Assembly (NCBI RefSeq): GCF_004010195.1
Contig: NC_057719.1
Location: 12,439,448 to 12,500,955 of the forward strand
Reading direction: 5' to 3'
Origin: Chiloscyllium plagiosum
Lineage: Eukaryota
DNA: 61,508 nucleotides
The stretch's first letter is position 1. Every line of letters begins with the position of its first letter. The notes beneath the pieces were generated by a model that worked only from the letters and a program-made list of their open reading frames with translations, did not search any database and had not been told where the DNA came from. This document shows positions 39,301 to 52,937 of the stretch, piece by piece. The translations under genes were made by a program, and so were the position numbers.

Positions 39301-42300
39301 TTTTTAAGCATTCATTCAGGGAAGCAGAGTGGGTTCGGCATTTATCACTCATTTTATATTTGTACTTGAGAAACATAGGAACGGGTATAAGCCATTTGAC
39401 GCCTCAAACCTGCTCGGTCATTCAATATGATCTTGGCTGATCGTTGAGCACATACCCTAATCCTGTTTTCCCCAATATCCCGAGATCCCTTTAGACTCAA
39501 GAACTATATCTACCACCTCCTTGAAAACGCATAATGTTTTGACCTCAACCATTTACTATGGTAGTGAATTCCACAGTCTTACCAGTCTCTGGTTTCTCAT
39601 TATCTCAGTCCCCCTGGTTCTGGAAAGTGATGGTGAGCACATTACTAAACTGCTGCAATCCAGGTGGTGTAGAGTCACTATGTGCTGTTTGGAAGACAGG
39701 TACTGTCAAAGGAGCCTTGGTGGATTCTTGCAATGCTGCTTGTTGATGTAACATACTGCTGTCACTGTGAGTCAGTGCTGGACTAGATGATCTAGTCATG
39801 ATTTCATTGCTCTATAAAGATTTGCTGCTGCAGGATGGAGCAGGAAGAAATTTTGCTCTCTTTTAGCAACAATAATTTGCATTTATACAGTGCATTTAAC
39901 ACAGTTCAATTTAAAAAAGAATCCCAATACATATCACAGGAAGCTGTCAAGTAAAATGTGACACTGAACTACAGTGCATACAATCAAAAACTTGGTTAAA
40001 GAAGTTGCTTTAAAGAGAGAGTAGATGAAAGGGTGTACCATACCTTAGGGTCCAGCTAATTAAAGTTTGCCAGTGATGGTGATGAATATCAGGGCTGTGC
40101 AAGAGGGTCAGAATTGGAGGAGCACAGAAATCTGAAAGGGTTGTCCAACATCTTCCAAAAGAGAGATAAAGAGGCAAGGGAGGGAATTCCAGAGCTTAGC
40201 CAAGGCAGCTGAAGGCATGGTTGTCATTGATAAAGTGATTGAATAAGTGGCCAAATTTGGAGAAACACATCATTTGAAGGCTTACAGAGGAGTGAGTCAG
40301 AGATTTAAAAACAAGAATGTGAATTTGTAAAATTGAGGTGTTTCTTAACCTGGAGCCAGTGTACATCTGTAGGGATGGGGGTTAGGAATGAATGGAACTT
40401 GGTGCAATTTAGGAATTCTTCCTATAGGACATGAAGGACACCTGTGGCAGGTGGTGAAATAAGAGAAAGGAGCAGAAGTTAAGCCATTCAACCCCACCAT
40501 TCAATCATAGTTGATCAGTTTCTCATTCCCATTCTCTGGCCTTCTCCCCGTAACCCTTAATCCTCTTGACAATCAAGAACCACCTATCTCAATATTAAAT
40601 ATACTCAATGACTTGGCCTCCACAGTCTGTGGCAATGAATTTGGTAGATCCACCACTCTTATCTCTGTTCTAAAATGTCTTCCCTTTATCTAAGGCTCTG
40701 TCCTCAAGTCCCAGCCTGTCCTACCAATGGAAACATCTTCCTGACATCCACTCTGTCCAGGCCATTCAGAAACTGCAGAGAACCATGAAATAAATTTGTG
40801 TTTTGTTTCCTCTCAGACAGAGTGCGTGTATTATACAGGAGCAAAGTGGTGAACTATACGTGGCCAGAACCAAACCTAACACCTGATATGAACCCATGGG
40901 TGCAAATTGAACTTGCTGATGGGAGTAAACTTCAGGCATCAGTACTGGTAAGCAATAGTGAAATCAAACTCTCAGCATGTGATGAACATGTCATGTTTTT
41001 AATTTTTACCCTGTTCCCTTCCTGACTAGAGGTGTCACTTCATTATAGAGTACACTTCAGGGTACACTGCAGTCCTTCTGGTGCCTTTGACTGGTTGTTA
41101 TAGATGTTGTCAGTCATCCTCAATGTTGGGTCAGATATCCCAGCTGATTCTGATCCTACTCTCACTTGGCATCTGCTTATGTTTTCTGAGAGATGAAACC
41201 TGACCAATTGTCCATGTTTCCTTTGCTTTCTTCTCCCATCCAAGATTTGAGACATGAAGCTCTGATGTAACGTCCCTGGCACTGTTCCACACAGTCCTAC
41301 ATTTTAATCCTGGGACCTTCTATTGAGTTCCATGAAAGATGGTGTACTTGCCTGACTGCAGGATGCTTTCACCCATTACACTGCATTTGAAACTTGAGGG
41401 TGTCAATGTGTAATAAAGCTCAGAAAATGGGCTTGAGGCTCTAGAATCTGTTAAGAGAAAAGTCATGCTAAGATTTTAGGTGTAAATCATCTTGAAGGTA
41501 CACAGTTCATGACCAATCCCACTGCATATTTTTATGCAGTTATTTTTTATTGATATTTGGTCAGCATTGTTATTTCTTATTGATTTGCAGCAGGAAGGTG
41601 TGCAATGCAGTATATCTCATTGGGATAGTGTGCTGGAAGTTGATCCCCACTATTTCTAGAGTCATCTCAAAAGTTAAAGATTTTAAAAAGTATTCTTTCT
41701 CAATTTTACCTGTCTTTTAGACCCTAATTGATAGAAAATATGGAACAGGTTTTTGTTCTCAACAAAAAGTACTATTTATTACAAGTAATTAGATTCTAGC
41801 TACAGGTAAACAGTTATGAACTGTCAGCATACAACCTTACTAATTAAAATTAATTCCCCTTTAAACTCACGCACACTCACACATGCACAGACATGCAGGC
41901 ACATGAAACAAAGTAGCTTTTCCCATTTCCAATATCCTTCGGGCAGGGAATCTAGTAGAGTTATAGGGATGTACAGCATGGAAACAGACTCATCAATGCC
42001 GACCAGACATCCTAACCTAATCTAGTTCCATTTGCCAGCACTTAGCCCTTATCTCTCCGAACCCTTCCTAATCATATACCCATTCAGATGGCTTTTAAAT
42101 GTTGTAATTGTACCAGCTTCCCCTACTACCTCCGGCAGCTCATTTTGTACATCCAATACACCCTATGTAAAAAGTTGCCCCTTGGGTCCCTTTTAAATTT
42201 TTCTTCTCTCACCCTAAACCAATGCCCTTGAGTTCTGGATTCACCCACCCTGGGGAAAAGACTTTTGTATATTTACCTTATCCATGCCCCTTGTGATTTT

Positions 42301-45300
42301 ATAAATGGCTATTAGGTCACCATATAGTCTTCGACGCTCCAGGGAAAACAGCCTCAGACTTTTCAGCCTCTCCTTTTAGCTCAAATCCTCCAACCCTGGC
42401 CACATCCTTGTAAATCTTTTCTGAATCCTTTTAAGTTTCACAACATGCTTCCGAGAGAGAGAGAGACTAGAATTGCACACAATATTCCGAAAGTGGCCTA
42501 ACCACTGTCCTGTACAGCCGCAACATGACCTTCCAATCCTATACTCAATGTTCTGACCAATAAAGGAAAGCATATCAAATGCCGCCTTCACTATCCTATC
42601 TACCTGCACCTTCACTTTCAAGGAACTATGAGCCTGGACTCCAAAGTCTCTTTGTTCAGCAACACTCCCCAGCACCTTACCATTAACTGTATATGTCCTG
42701 CTCTGATTTGGCTTTCCAAAATGCACACCTTGCATTTATCTAAATCAAACTCCATCTGCCACTCCTCAGCCCATTAGACCATCTGATCAAGATCCTGTTG
42801 TACTCTGAGTTAACTTTCATCTCTGCCCACTAAGCCTCCAATTTTGGTGTCATCTGCAAACTTACTAACTATACCTCCTATGTTCACATCCAAATCACAA
42901 AAAACAATGGATCCAGCACCGATCCTTGTGGCACATCACTGGTCACAGGCCTGCAGTCTGAAAATCTGAAAGAAGTTGAAGTTCTACATATTCTTCTACA
43001 TCCATACTGTATTTCATTGTGCACATTGAATGAACTGATTAATTGTCATAATTATCCCCAAATTAAATCTACCTGTGATGTATCAATAATGTAATGTCAA
43101 AAGTCATCTAAAACATATGGAATAGAGGACCTGGGTTGCGGGAATAATAACTAATCACATCCATGGTGTTGATGTAATTACTGTTTTCTGATTAGTTAAG
43201 CTTGACTACATTAAAAGGTAATATCTTTCATCCAAATAGATTGGTGCAGATGGTCCAAACTCAATGGTGCGGCAGTCTGCTGGTATTCAGACTATGCAGT
43301 GGAAATACGATCAGTCTGCTGTGGTTGCTACCCTTCGCCTTGCTGAAGTAAGTAGATGACTGAGAATGTACTCGAACAATTGACAGATATCTGTGCAAGA
43401 CTATTTAATTTGTGAATGAAGTGTGAGATTGTCATTGCTTCCAACTAATTTTTTCTTTCTTTTAAATCTTTAGCCTACTGACAACAATGTGGCTTGGCAG
43501 AGGTTTCTGGTGACTGGGCCAATCGCAATGCTTCCGGTACACTTCAGTTTCAATTTAAATTTACTTTCTGAACTATAAGATGCAGATTCTCTGAAACCAT
43601 TGTATTAAAAAGTTTGTCATTAAGTCAGAGACCTTGGTTAAAATGTTCATGATTGCACAATCCTTTTATGAGTACTCAACATTGAATATATCATATTTGT
43701 AGCCCAGAAACCATTCATGACCTAACAAGTTAATACTATTGTTTGTTTTACATGATTCACCTCCTTGTAACCCCTTGAACTTATCCTTTTATTCCTTTCT
43801 CCCTCTTATGTTTATCTAACTTTCCCTTCAATGCATCCATGCCATTTGCCTCAACTACTACTTCTGATCGTGAGTTCATTTTTAAGAAGTGTTTGAATCA
43901 ATGCTTTCAGTGTAAACGATTTCTGAACAGAAAGAGGTTCAGATCCATCTAGTTTGCCTTCTACAGTTGTGCTGATCACCTGCAATATGGATAATGGCAG
44001 TTGTTCACTCCTCATTATAGTGACCAACCGGTCCAGATGTAAGACGAGGAAACGCCAGTAGTGGAGAACTTGGGAATGTTTGGACCCAAAGTCACCTGTT
44101 CCTTAAAAGCATGCTGCACTTAACCATCTGTCATGTCTTAGATTACTTTTCTATTCTGTTTGTATTTGAATAAATCCGAGTTCACAGTACACAAAAAAAA
44201 GTTATGGACAGCGAGAAATACTGGGAAAGTAGTTCAGTGGTTCCTGGTCACAAAGGTTGGTGAGATGATTCTTTTGCTGATCATTAGGATGCTTCCACTG
44301 ACTTGTAAGAGGCAGGGGGTGGCTGGTTCACTTATGAAAGGTCTCTAATCAATTAAAAGTCACAACTTATAGCAACAGCTGAAGGAAAGATAAAGGTTTT
44401 CTTCAAACCAAAAGTGCCTTTTATTGCAGAGAGCTGCTGAGCTGGTGCTGATCTGAAGGTTTCTCTGCACGCTATTCACTTGCTTGAAGACTAATCACAG
44501 AATTGTTGGCAGGCAGAAGATGTTTGTCCTGTAACTGGTCTCTAGTCTACAAAGTAATCTGCTACTTGTTGCCAACTAAAGTTCCATTTGTACACAACCC
44601 TTTTATGTCTTTAACCAGTTCGTCTTTAACCATTGCTATAACCAACCCACAGTCGTGCAAGCAGTATTCACAATAAGTATAAAATTATTTGCATTCAAAG
44701 CAGGCAGCAACCTTTCGAATCCCTAGTTTTAAAACAGTTTGTTCTTCATTTAAGTCCCAGTTTTAAAAAAACACCATGAAAATAAAAAGACATGATCTTT
44801 ATAATGGACATTGCAAATCAATTCTTATGGGAGCTGTTACCAGCTGTAAGTGACTAATTTTGGGCAAAGAGTGGGGTGCATTTTAATATCATTGTATAAG
44901 AATGATTAGGTCTGACTAATGCAATCCTTGAACTTTGTCTCTCTAGCTGTCTGATAATCTCAGTTCCTTAGTGTGGTCAACTTCCCACCAGCATGCATCT
45001 GACCTGCTCAGTATGGATGAAGAGACATTTGTGGATGCCATCAATTCAGCTTTTGTAAGTGAAATGTGAAGATGGGGCTACTAGGTGCATAGTTGAATTG
45101 GGATGTTGCACATTGGATATTGGTCAATGCAGAGTTCAGGCAATGTTCATCCATGAGAGAAAAGAATAAATTAGACTTGCTGTTTGCGCTAACTCTGGAA
45201 TGCCAATGCACATCGTCGAGCTCTAATGCCTATCTAACTGTCTTATTATTAGTGCTGGTGAGTAGGAACGCTGTCTGCCTAACTTCCTGCTGTCACTTTT

Positions 45301-48300
45301 TTTTTCACAGTTGTAAGTCAACATCTAAATTATTTATGTAAGCATTGAAACCTTATAGGTAAGTAGCTGTTTTTGAACACGTAATTGGAAGTTCTGGCTA
45401 ATAGGTGACACTATGAAGTAATTTCTGAAGACTGCCTGTTTTGCTGTTCACTTAACAATTAAACAGCGCAGGACGATGAGCAATTCATCAGCAATTATTT
45501 ATACTTGGACCATTCAGAGTAAGGTGATAGGATGGGTGAAGGCATTGAATTGTTTAATCAGCAGTGATTATATTGAACGACTAGGTCTTTTGTGAGGCTC
45601 AATGGACTGAAAGACGTACTCGTGTTCCTAAGTTCTGATATATATTACTTAAAAGTCAATATTTACTGTAAAGACTCTGAAATGAGAATCTGAAAGCAAA
45701 ATTTCTCTTTCAAGACCGGTTAGAAAATTGAGGGAAAAGAAATTGAAACTTCTGTTGCTGTGAATTTTTAAAAAAACACATTCAAGTGATCAGATTTAAT
45801 GTATTAAGTGGATTTCTGTGAGGCTATGCTTTGCAAACCCATTCCCTACTGCTTTACAGCGGAGGTATGCTTATTTTTTCTGAATTGCCTGGAGTTCTGC
45901 CAGATGTGAATATTCTTCTGCTATGAAAGCAAGCTGGAGACTTGATTGAAACAATTAAATTTTTTTCATTTTCTATGCTTGCTCATTTACTCATGCTGCT
46001 ATGTTTCTACTAGACTGGCAGCCTCCAGCACTTGTGTCCTGACAGTAGGGTCCATGCGTGATGGGCTGCTTGCCCAAGGGGGAGTTAGTGAGCGTTATTG
46101 CTAAACTGGATCTGCCTTTCCTGGAACATTCTTTGACGTTAGTCATCAATACCTTGTATGGCTTTCATTTGGCTCTGCTACATCACTGTAACAAAATCAG
46201 CAATTTACTATGCAGAAAACTGTTCAGTTTTATTGTAGTTCACCAGGGTGGTGCTCATAAACTTGGGTGTTGGATAGCTGGTTTGTGATGCAAAGTGTTG
46301 CCAAAAGCATGGGTTCAGTTCCTGTATTAGTTGAAGTCACCATGTAAACTCTACCTCCTTGACCCCTCTCACATCTGAGGCTTGATGACCCTCAGGTTAA
46401 ACTCAGCATCAGTTGTCTCTTTAATGAAAGAGCAGCCCTATTGTCCTCTGAGACTATGGCGACTTTACTTCTATTATTGAGTAAATATTTAAAACAAACA
46501 CTCAATTTGTACTAATTGCAATATGATAATATTTTGATTTGTCATAAAATGGTGCTAAAGTTCTGATCTCTGCAAAACGTAAATGTTTATTGATATTTTG
46601 ACTTTCTTTTTTGTAGTGGAGCAATGAGAATCACTCAGAATTTATTGACACTGCAAGCTCCATGTTAAAGACAGCTTTAATGTTCCTGATGCCATCTGGC
46701 ACATCGGTACGTCAGCTGCCACCAAGCGTGGCTCACATTGACCCAAAAAGCAGGGCTATGTTTCCACTTGGATTGGGTCATGCCACGAAGTATGTTAGAC
46801 CACGTGTTGCTCTCATTGGGTAAGATCAATTCCCTATCCCTACCTCCTACATTGTGACCCATCTGAGATCGAAAGTCTGGGAAGCCAACTTGTGTGCTAG
46901 TATTATCATTGGGAGGTGTCCCTTTGAATGCAGCAGGCAACTATTTGATCCTTGTACTGTGGCCCTTTTGACAGGACAGTAGAAACCTGAAGCTGGCTTT
47001 TGGAGAATTCTTGTATCTTACTGTTCACAGCAAGGCAGGTTGAATGCTGCAGATGTCTGCTCCATCCATGATTGTGTTCTCATGTGACCTTGCAAACACA
47101 CTTAGCTTCCCTAGGTTCTGGAATTTTCTCCTTCAGCCTCTTTCCTTTTAAAGAGCTCCTCAAGAAATCTCCTTAAATGACTCAGTGTGTTTGATAATGC
47201 TCTTGTCAAGTGTCTTAGGATATCTTACTATATAAACAGTATAACTTAAATGTAAAACAAAGAACTGCAGTTGCTGGAGATCTTAAACAAACAAAACACA
47301 CAGGTATTGCTGAGAAACCCAGCAGATCTGGCCACATCTGTGGAGTGAAAACAGAGTTAATAATTTGAGTTCAGTGACCCTCCTTCAGAAGTTCTGAGGA
47401 ACATTAACTCTATTTTCACAATTTAAATGTAAATTGCTATTGGTCAGTGCAAATTTAAACACATGCTATTGTTAGTGGAGCAAATTAATGGGCTGAATGG
47501 CCTATTTCTGCTCCTACATTTTATGGTCTAAAAACCACGTCTCAAAATCAAATTTTCGCAAAATTCAAGAGTTTCTTTTTAAATTCACTCGTAGTATGTG
47601 AACGTTGCTGGCGAGCCAGCATTTATTGCTGTCTTTGTTATTATTGCTGTGAGCTACAAATCTTCTCAAAACTCACTAAAATTTATTACTGTCCTTGAGA
47701 AGGTGGTGGTGAGCTGTCACCTTAAACTGCTGCAGTTCCTGTGCTGTCGGTTGATCCACAGTGCCCTTAGGGAGAAAATTCCAGAATTTTGACCCAACTT
47801 CAAGTTTTACTGAGGGTTTGAGAATGCCCCGTTTGAAAGGTTGATGGAACTTCAGCAGTAACCTTCCATAGAAAATTGTATCTCTGTTTAACTTGAGAAG
47901 CCATAGAAAAGAATGGGAGTAATTGGTAGTTCTGCTGAGCACAGATGCAATGGATCAAATAGTCATTTTTGCTATACCATTCCAAGTTTTATTTGAGCCG
48001 CAAGTGCCAAAATTGTCATTGGAGAAACTAATTAAATAATTAATATAATGCTATGATGCAAGGAGCAATATTAGTGTATATAAGGCTGATTAAATGGGTC
48101 TTGGGTTTACAAAGCACTCATAGAATGTGTCTCAACACTTACACAATCAATTAAATTAATTTTGAAAGATGAAAATGTCATTGGATTTCAGATCTTTTCA
48201 TGACCTCAGGCCATGCCGATATGCATTGAAGCCAGTGAATTTTTTAAAAACTATGGGCATTACTGTAATATAGGAAACAGAACAGCCAATTTGATAACAG

Positions 48301-51300
48301 CAAGCTTCCTCAAACAACCATATGCTGTGGACAAAGATTTAATGAAAGGATATTGTTTGGGATAAAAAGTGTCATTGGGTTCACTTGAGAATGAAGATGA
48401 AAATCTATTTCATGTCTCATCAGAAAGATAATACTTCCTGCATTACGTCATTCCGTCACTGTTGTGCTGGAATATTAGCTGAGACTTTTATGCTCATATT
48501 TGGATTAAGACATGAACCCACAAGTCTCTCAGGCCAGAGAGGTACAAGTGAACCATGGCTGATGATTTTGAAGTTGTTAGAAAACACACTGCTTTCTGAA
48601 AATAAGAAACTGCACCATCATCAGGCCTACTCAGATGAATAAACAGTTAATCTGTTTTCGCTATTACAGGTTGAGAACTGTACAGAGATATTCTAATGTT
48701 AGTTCAGCTCCTTTTGTGGGCTTCAATAATTTTGATTAGTTAGCTTTTATAATATCATTATCTGTTGGGAGAATAAAAACCCTTTTCAATATGCAAAGTG
48801 ACAAATCCAACAACGTTGTCCTGCTAAATAAACATGCACTTTTTGCATAATTTAAATAGTGTGCGGAAAGGTCTGAGTATTATATTTTGATTTTCCTTTC
48901 TCGATTGGAAATGATGAAAGTAAAATCTGGTTGTCTTGATATGACTGGATCCTCCTCCTAGTGACTTGGTAGGGAAAATTGTTTCATTGCTTAATAAGTA
49001 TTCTCTTAATTTGTAATTTCCTTCCTTTTATAGGGATGCTGCACACAGAGTTCACCCATTAGCAGGGCAGGGAGTCAACCTGGGTTTTGGGGATGTTGTT
49101 AGTCTCTCTCAACATCTCAGCGAGGCAGCCTACAATGGCAAAGACCTAGGTAGGAGAATCTTTGTCTCTGGCTAGTTTAACTGTAAATGGGGTCATTTTT
49201 GGTGATGAAGGCTGGTTTTTTTAAAAAAAAACACTAGGTTCTCTTTCTAAGAATTCTCACTTTAATGCACTCTGTGTAGACTTTGCAAGTTTTCATCCTG
49301 GATATCCCATTTGGGTTCTCATTCCTATAATTTACATGACTACTTCCTTTTCTGACCCACTCATCTGCCAAGTGAAGCTGATTGTGAGCAGGTAACCTCC
49401 TGAGGTCGGAGGTACATGTGTGTGATTGGTATGTCTTCACTCTGCTCCCAAAACCTGGCTGATTGGCTGAGGAAAGCATTATAGCTTTGTCTCAGTGTTC
49501 CTCAAGGCATTTATGACCAAATACAGCATTCTGGTGAACCAGTATTTAAAAGCTAGAAATAATTGACCTCGGGCTACCATAATTGTACACCTCCAGAGTC
49601 AAGATAATCTTGTGCCTGATGTTCCTCCCTATTAACATTGCCCACTGCCAGTGGATAGTTGTCAGAAATGCTGGCTTTTTCTTTATAAATCTCCCACATC
49701 CTAGCCATGGATGCTGATGCCATTTTCAGTATTCAAACTGATACCAGCTCAGTACAGATCAAAAATTGAACCTCGCCTTTGATAACAGCATGAATATTGG
49801 TAGTGTTTTAATCTATCTCAGCAGTTCAGAATTGCAGCAGTTCAGAATTGAACAGGAAGTGGACTCTATTGTGTCTGCATCAACTGTCTGAGCATTTTAA
49901 CCTGGTGCCAATGTCCTATCCTTTCCTGTTTTTTTTCTGTCGGAAGGATGTTGTGAAACTTTAAAAGCATTCAGAAAAGATTTCAGGATGTTGCCAGAGT
50001 TGGAGGATTTGAGCTATGGGGAGAGGCTGAATTGGCTGGGGCTGTTTTCCCTGGAGCGTCGGAGGCTGAGGGGTGACCTTACAGAGGTTTATAAAATCAT
50101 GAGGGGCATGGATCAGATAGCTGGAAATTTTTGTTGCAAATGTTTCGTCCCCTGTCTAGGTGACATCCTCAGTGCTTGGGAGCCTCCTGTGAAGTGCTTC
50201 TGTGGTGTTTCCTCCGGCATTTATAGTGGCCTGTCCCTGCCGCTTCGGGTTGTCAGTTTCAGCTGTCCGCTGTAGTGGCCGGTACATTGGGTCCAGGTCG
50301 ATGTGTTTGTGGATGAGTGCCATGCTTCTAGGAATTCCCTGGCTGTTCTTTGTTTGGCTTGCCATATCATGGTAGTGTTGTCCCAGTTGAATTCATGTTG
50401 CTTGTCGTCTGCGAGGATGTCACCTAGACAGGGGACAAAACTTTTGCAACAAAAATTTCCAGCTCGGCAAACAGAACCACAACAACGAGCACCCGAGCTA
50501 CAAATCTTCACCCAAACTATGGATCGGATGAATAGACAAAGTCTTTTCCCTGGGGTGGGGGAGTCAAGAACTGGAGACCATAGGTTTAGGGTGAGAGGGG
50601 AAAGATATAAAAGGCACCTAAGGAGCAACATTTTCACGCAGAAGGTGGTGCATGTATGGAATGAGCTGCCAGAGGAAGTGGTGGAGGCTGGTACAATTAC
50701 AACATTTTAAAAGGTATCTGGATGGGAATATGAACTGGAAGGGATTAGAGGGATATGGGCCAAGTGCTGGCAGGTGGGACTAGATTGGGTTAAAATATCT
50801 GGTTGGCATGGATGACTTGGACCGAAGGGTCTATTTTCGTGCAGTACTTCTCTAATACTCTAAATAATCAGCCACTGCTCTTTGAATGCCTCAGTTGAAT
50901 GAGTAATTCATCAAACTGCTTTTTTAAGCAGTTATAAAGAATAAAACAACTCCTTATAGGCTGAATTTTCAGCTATATCATGGGGGGGCGTTTTATTCTT
51001 TGATGGAATGAGGGTATCACTGGCTAGGCCAGCACTTATTGCCCACCCCTAATTGTCCAGAGGGTAATTAGATATAATCTGCTATATTGTCCTCAGACTT
51101 TTACTTATAATGCTTTACAACTTATTTATCTAAGCACCATTTAACTAATGGAATTGAGTTGACTGCTCTGCATTTTAACCACTGCCATCATCAACCATTG
51201 TTTCCTCTTGTTTATCTAGGGTCTACCAACCACCTCAATGCATTTGAAACAGAGCGTCAGAGACATAATCTCCCTGTCATGGCTACAATAGACCTGCTGA

Positions 51301-51844
51301 AAAGATTATATTCAACTAAAAGTATACCATTGGTCTGTCTGAGGAGTCTTGGTCTGCAGGCAACAAATGCATTTGTACCTATTAAGGTAATCAGTTTATT
51401 ATTTGTAAGGATGAGAGTTATGGAATAACACACATTAGGATACCGAATGATTTCCACTGGTCTATTAATTGGTAGGAATTGACAGCTAAATTTGGTTTGA
51501 CATTAGAAACAAGGAAGAATGGAGTATGCATTTTCATGGGGGTTATCAGAATAAGCATTTGCTTGTGGACTCTGTTAATTTAATCAGTACTTGAATGATA
51601 AATACTAAAAGGTTTAGAAAAAGGGTTAGTTGTTTCAGCCAATGTTGCTCTTACATAACTCAGTGGCCATTGTAAAATTACATTGACAGAAACCTGGGAG
51701 CAGGGTCATGTGCTCTCACTTCAAGGATTTTTTTGTTTTAAACAAAGTGTTATAATAAAACTGGCTTGGATTATGTTTGATATTTTATTAATAAACTTTT
51801 TCCATTATTTCCAGGAGCAAATCATGGCATTCGTCAGTAGGTGA
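27172..51844 (+). CDS. COQ6: COQ6, mitochondrial ubiquinone biosynthesis monooxygenase (12 exons, 479 aa)
   Basis: Twelve GT-AG exons join into a 1440-nt ORF with FAD motif [43 protein letters not shown] and an Arg/Leu-rich N-terminal presequence. Confidence 0.97.
27468..27800 (-). mobile_element. Two family A elements in COQ6 intron 1 (27468-27577, 27662-27799)
   Basis: Hammerhead motifs on the minus strand; duplications tggatggt and attgtgttcacagc. Confidence 0.75.
28040..28338 (-). mobile_element. HE1/V-SINE-like element
   Basis: tRNA head gtggttagcactgctgcctcacagcg...ggttcaattcc; V-domain gtttcctccgggtgctccggtttcctcccaca. Confidence 0.8.
28849..30289. mobile_element. Penelope-like element family B2, head-to-head inverted, spanning a gap
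   Basis: GIY-YIG ORF on both arms ([21 protein letters not shown]); duplication taccttgactat. Confidence 0.85.
28889..28928 (-). ncRNA. Minimal hammerhead ribozyme motif (family B2)
   Basis: cca-CUGAUGA-u-GUUAC cuagccag GUAAU-GAAAC-GUC-ugg. Confidence 0.7.
30488..30522 (-). ncRNA. Minimal hammerhead motif (family D) in element 30392-30555
   Basis: cac-CUGAUGA-agaagcgucgcucc-GAAAGCUA-gug. Confidence 0.6.
30788..31500 (-). mobile_element. CR1 3' fragment
   Basis: [19 protein letters not shown]1 tail. Confidence 0.8.
32640..33265 (+). mobile_element. DeuSINE-like element interrupted by a palindromic family A element (32932-33152)
   Basis: tRNA-like head, gagtgctacactgttgga, tggatgtaaa, ttacaacagtgacta, gaaaggcact; related copies ~39100-39300, 48190-48560 and 60460-60720. 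Confidence 0.6.
34352..34486 (+). CDS. COQ6: COQ6 exon 2
   Basis: [16 protein letters not shown]...[11 protein letters not shown]; ag/gt boundaries. Confidence 0.95.
35346..35404 (+). CDS. COQ6: COQ6 exon 3
   Basis: [19 protein letters not shown]. Confidence 0.95.
36130..38030 (+). mobile_element. L2-like LINE 3' region split by a minus-strand CR1 (36875-37905)
   Basis: Collinear halves ending atgaatgaataaa; the CR1 carries [16 protein letters not shown]. Confidence 0.7.
38855..38978 (+). CDS. COQ6: COQ6 exon 4
   Basis: [14 protein letters not shown]...[11 protein letters not shown]. Confidence 0.95.
40817..40947 (+). CDS. COQ6: COQ6 exon 5
   Basis: [10 protein letters not shown]...[18 protein letters not shown]. 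Confidence 0.95.
41955..42965 (-). mobile_element. CR1 3' RT fragment
   Basis: [24 protein letters not shown]1 tail. Confidence 0.85.
43240..43347 (+). CDS. COQ6: COQ6 exon 6
   Basis: [12 protein letters not shown]...[10 protein letters not shown]. Confidence 0.95.
43474..43536 (+). CDS. COQ6: COQ6 exon 7
   Basis: [21 protein letters not shown]. Confidence 0.95.
44947..45054 (+). CDS. COQ6: COQ6 exon 8
   Basis: [14 protein letters not shown]...FVDAINSAF. Confidence 0.95.
46617..46819 (+). CDS. COQ6: COQ6 exon 9
   Basis: WSNENHSEF...[20 protein letters not shown]. Confidence 0.95.
47250..47420. mobile_element. Family C element with short inverted arm
   Basis: Minus-strand terminus ending ccttcagaa|gttctgagga; duplication ttaaatgtaaa. 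Confidence 0.6.
49034..49149 (+). CDS. COQ6: COQ6 exon 10
   Basis: [21 protein letters not shown]. Confidence 0.96.
49935..50860 (+). mobile_element. CR1 3' fragment containing an inverted family B PLE (50118-50517)
   Basis: CR1 [16 protein letters not shown] | PLE | [11 protein letters not shown]; duplication atggatc(a/g)gat. Confidence 0.85.
51220..51386 (+). CDS. COQ6: COQ6 exon 11
   Basis: [13 protein letters not shown]...DLLKRLYST...[11 protein letters not shown]. Confidence 0.95.
51815..51844 (+). CDS. COQ6: COQ6 exon 12 (coding part)
   Basis: ccag|GAG CAA ATC ATG GCA TTC GTC AGT AGG TGA. Confidence 0.93.
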   Translation, partial: EQIMAFVSR

Positions 51845-52563
51845 ATCGTATTTCGCACCTATCTTGGATTTCTTCTATCTTTGGAGGATTGCAAATTCTG
51901 GCCACTAGGAAACTTTTTATTTGAATTCCTGTTGTTCACTGTAAAGGACTGATTTGTTATATTTTCTAATTTATTACATTGGAATGGAATACATAGTATA
52001 GTACAAATCAAATATTTACTATCAAATTCCTTGTCAGCTTGCATCCAAAATAGTGTGCCACAGAACAGTGAACAGCATGGATGGTGAATGGTACAAGAAA
52101 TCCAAAAATAGTCAGAATGACCTCATCGCCCACTCATTGGTGAAGTTTGTTTGTGGTTTGTGACAGTCCAATGCATGGTTAAATCTTATAAAGGAAAGTA
52201 CAAATTAATTCAGGCTGATGAATCATAACATGTGATTGAAAAGAGAGAAGCCGCCTGAATGCTTAAATGCATTGAATTGTTACGCTGTAGAGCAAAATGT
52301 ACACTCTGCTATCATTTTGTTTATGGGAAGGGACTCTGCAACTTGTTTTGTGTGAACAGTATGCACAGACGTCAGATCGTAGTGTACATTGAACTATCAC
52401 TGTGTTTCAAGAAATCTGAGCCTCTTGTATCTGATGCAGTCTGGGTCTATCAGGGTAAAGATAAAGCAGAGAAAGCAAACCAAGAGATACTATAAGAGTT
52501 AATTAACACTTACAAATGGTATTTTTATAAAATAAGGCCAAAATAGTGAAATTACATATCAGA

Positions 52564-52569
52564 AATAAA
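52564..52569 (+). terminator. Candidate COQ6 polyadenylation signal
   Basis: AATAAA followed by a GT-rich tract (tgttttgtgatttgt). Confidence 0.5.
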
Positions 52570-52807
52570 AGTAATACTCATGTTTTGTGATTTGTAAACT
52601 TTCTAATTTTGATGTAGATACATTGTGAACTGGTATTGCAAGTGGTGTCTTCAGAATTGAGGGATCTTTTGAAGTGAATGGTCGCAAAATAGCAGGATTT
52701 CTAAGTCAAGTTTGCAAATTAAGCAAATCTTTCAGATGTTTCCTGGGTGAACTCTGGTAGTCATGTGCTATTTGGCTCAGACCATCAGTGAACTTGGGTA
52801 TAGATTG

Positions 52808-52937
52808 ATTCCTGAAGAAGGGCTAATGCCCGAAACGTCGATTCTCCTGTTCCCTAGATGCTGCCTGACCTGCTGCGCTTCTCCAGCAACACATTTCCAT
52901 CTCTGACTCCAGCATCTGCAGACCTCATTTTCTCTTT
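52808..52937 (+). mobile_element. Solo family A element with an intact hammerhead motif (52811-52841)
   Basis: c-CUGAAGA-a-GGGC uaau GCCC-GAAAC-GUC-g; duplication tatagattga. Confidence 0.78.
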
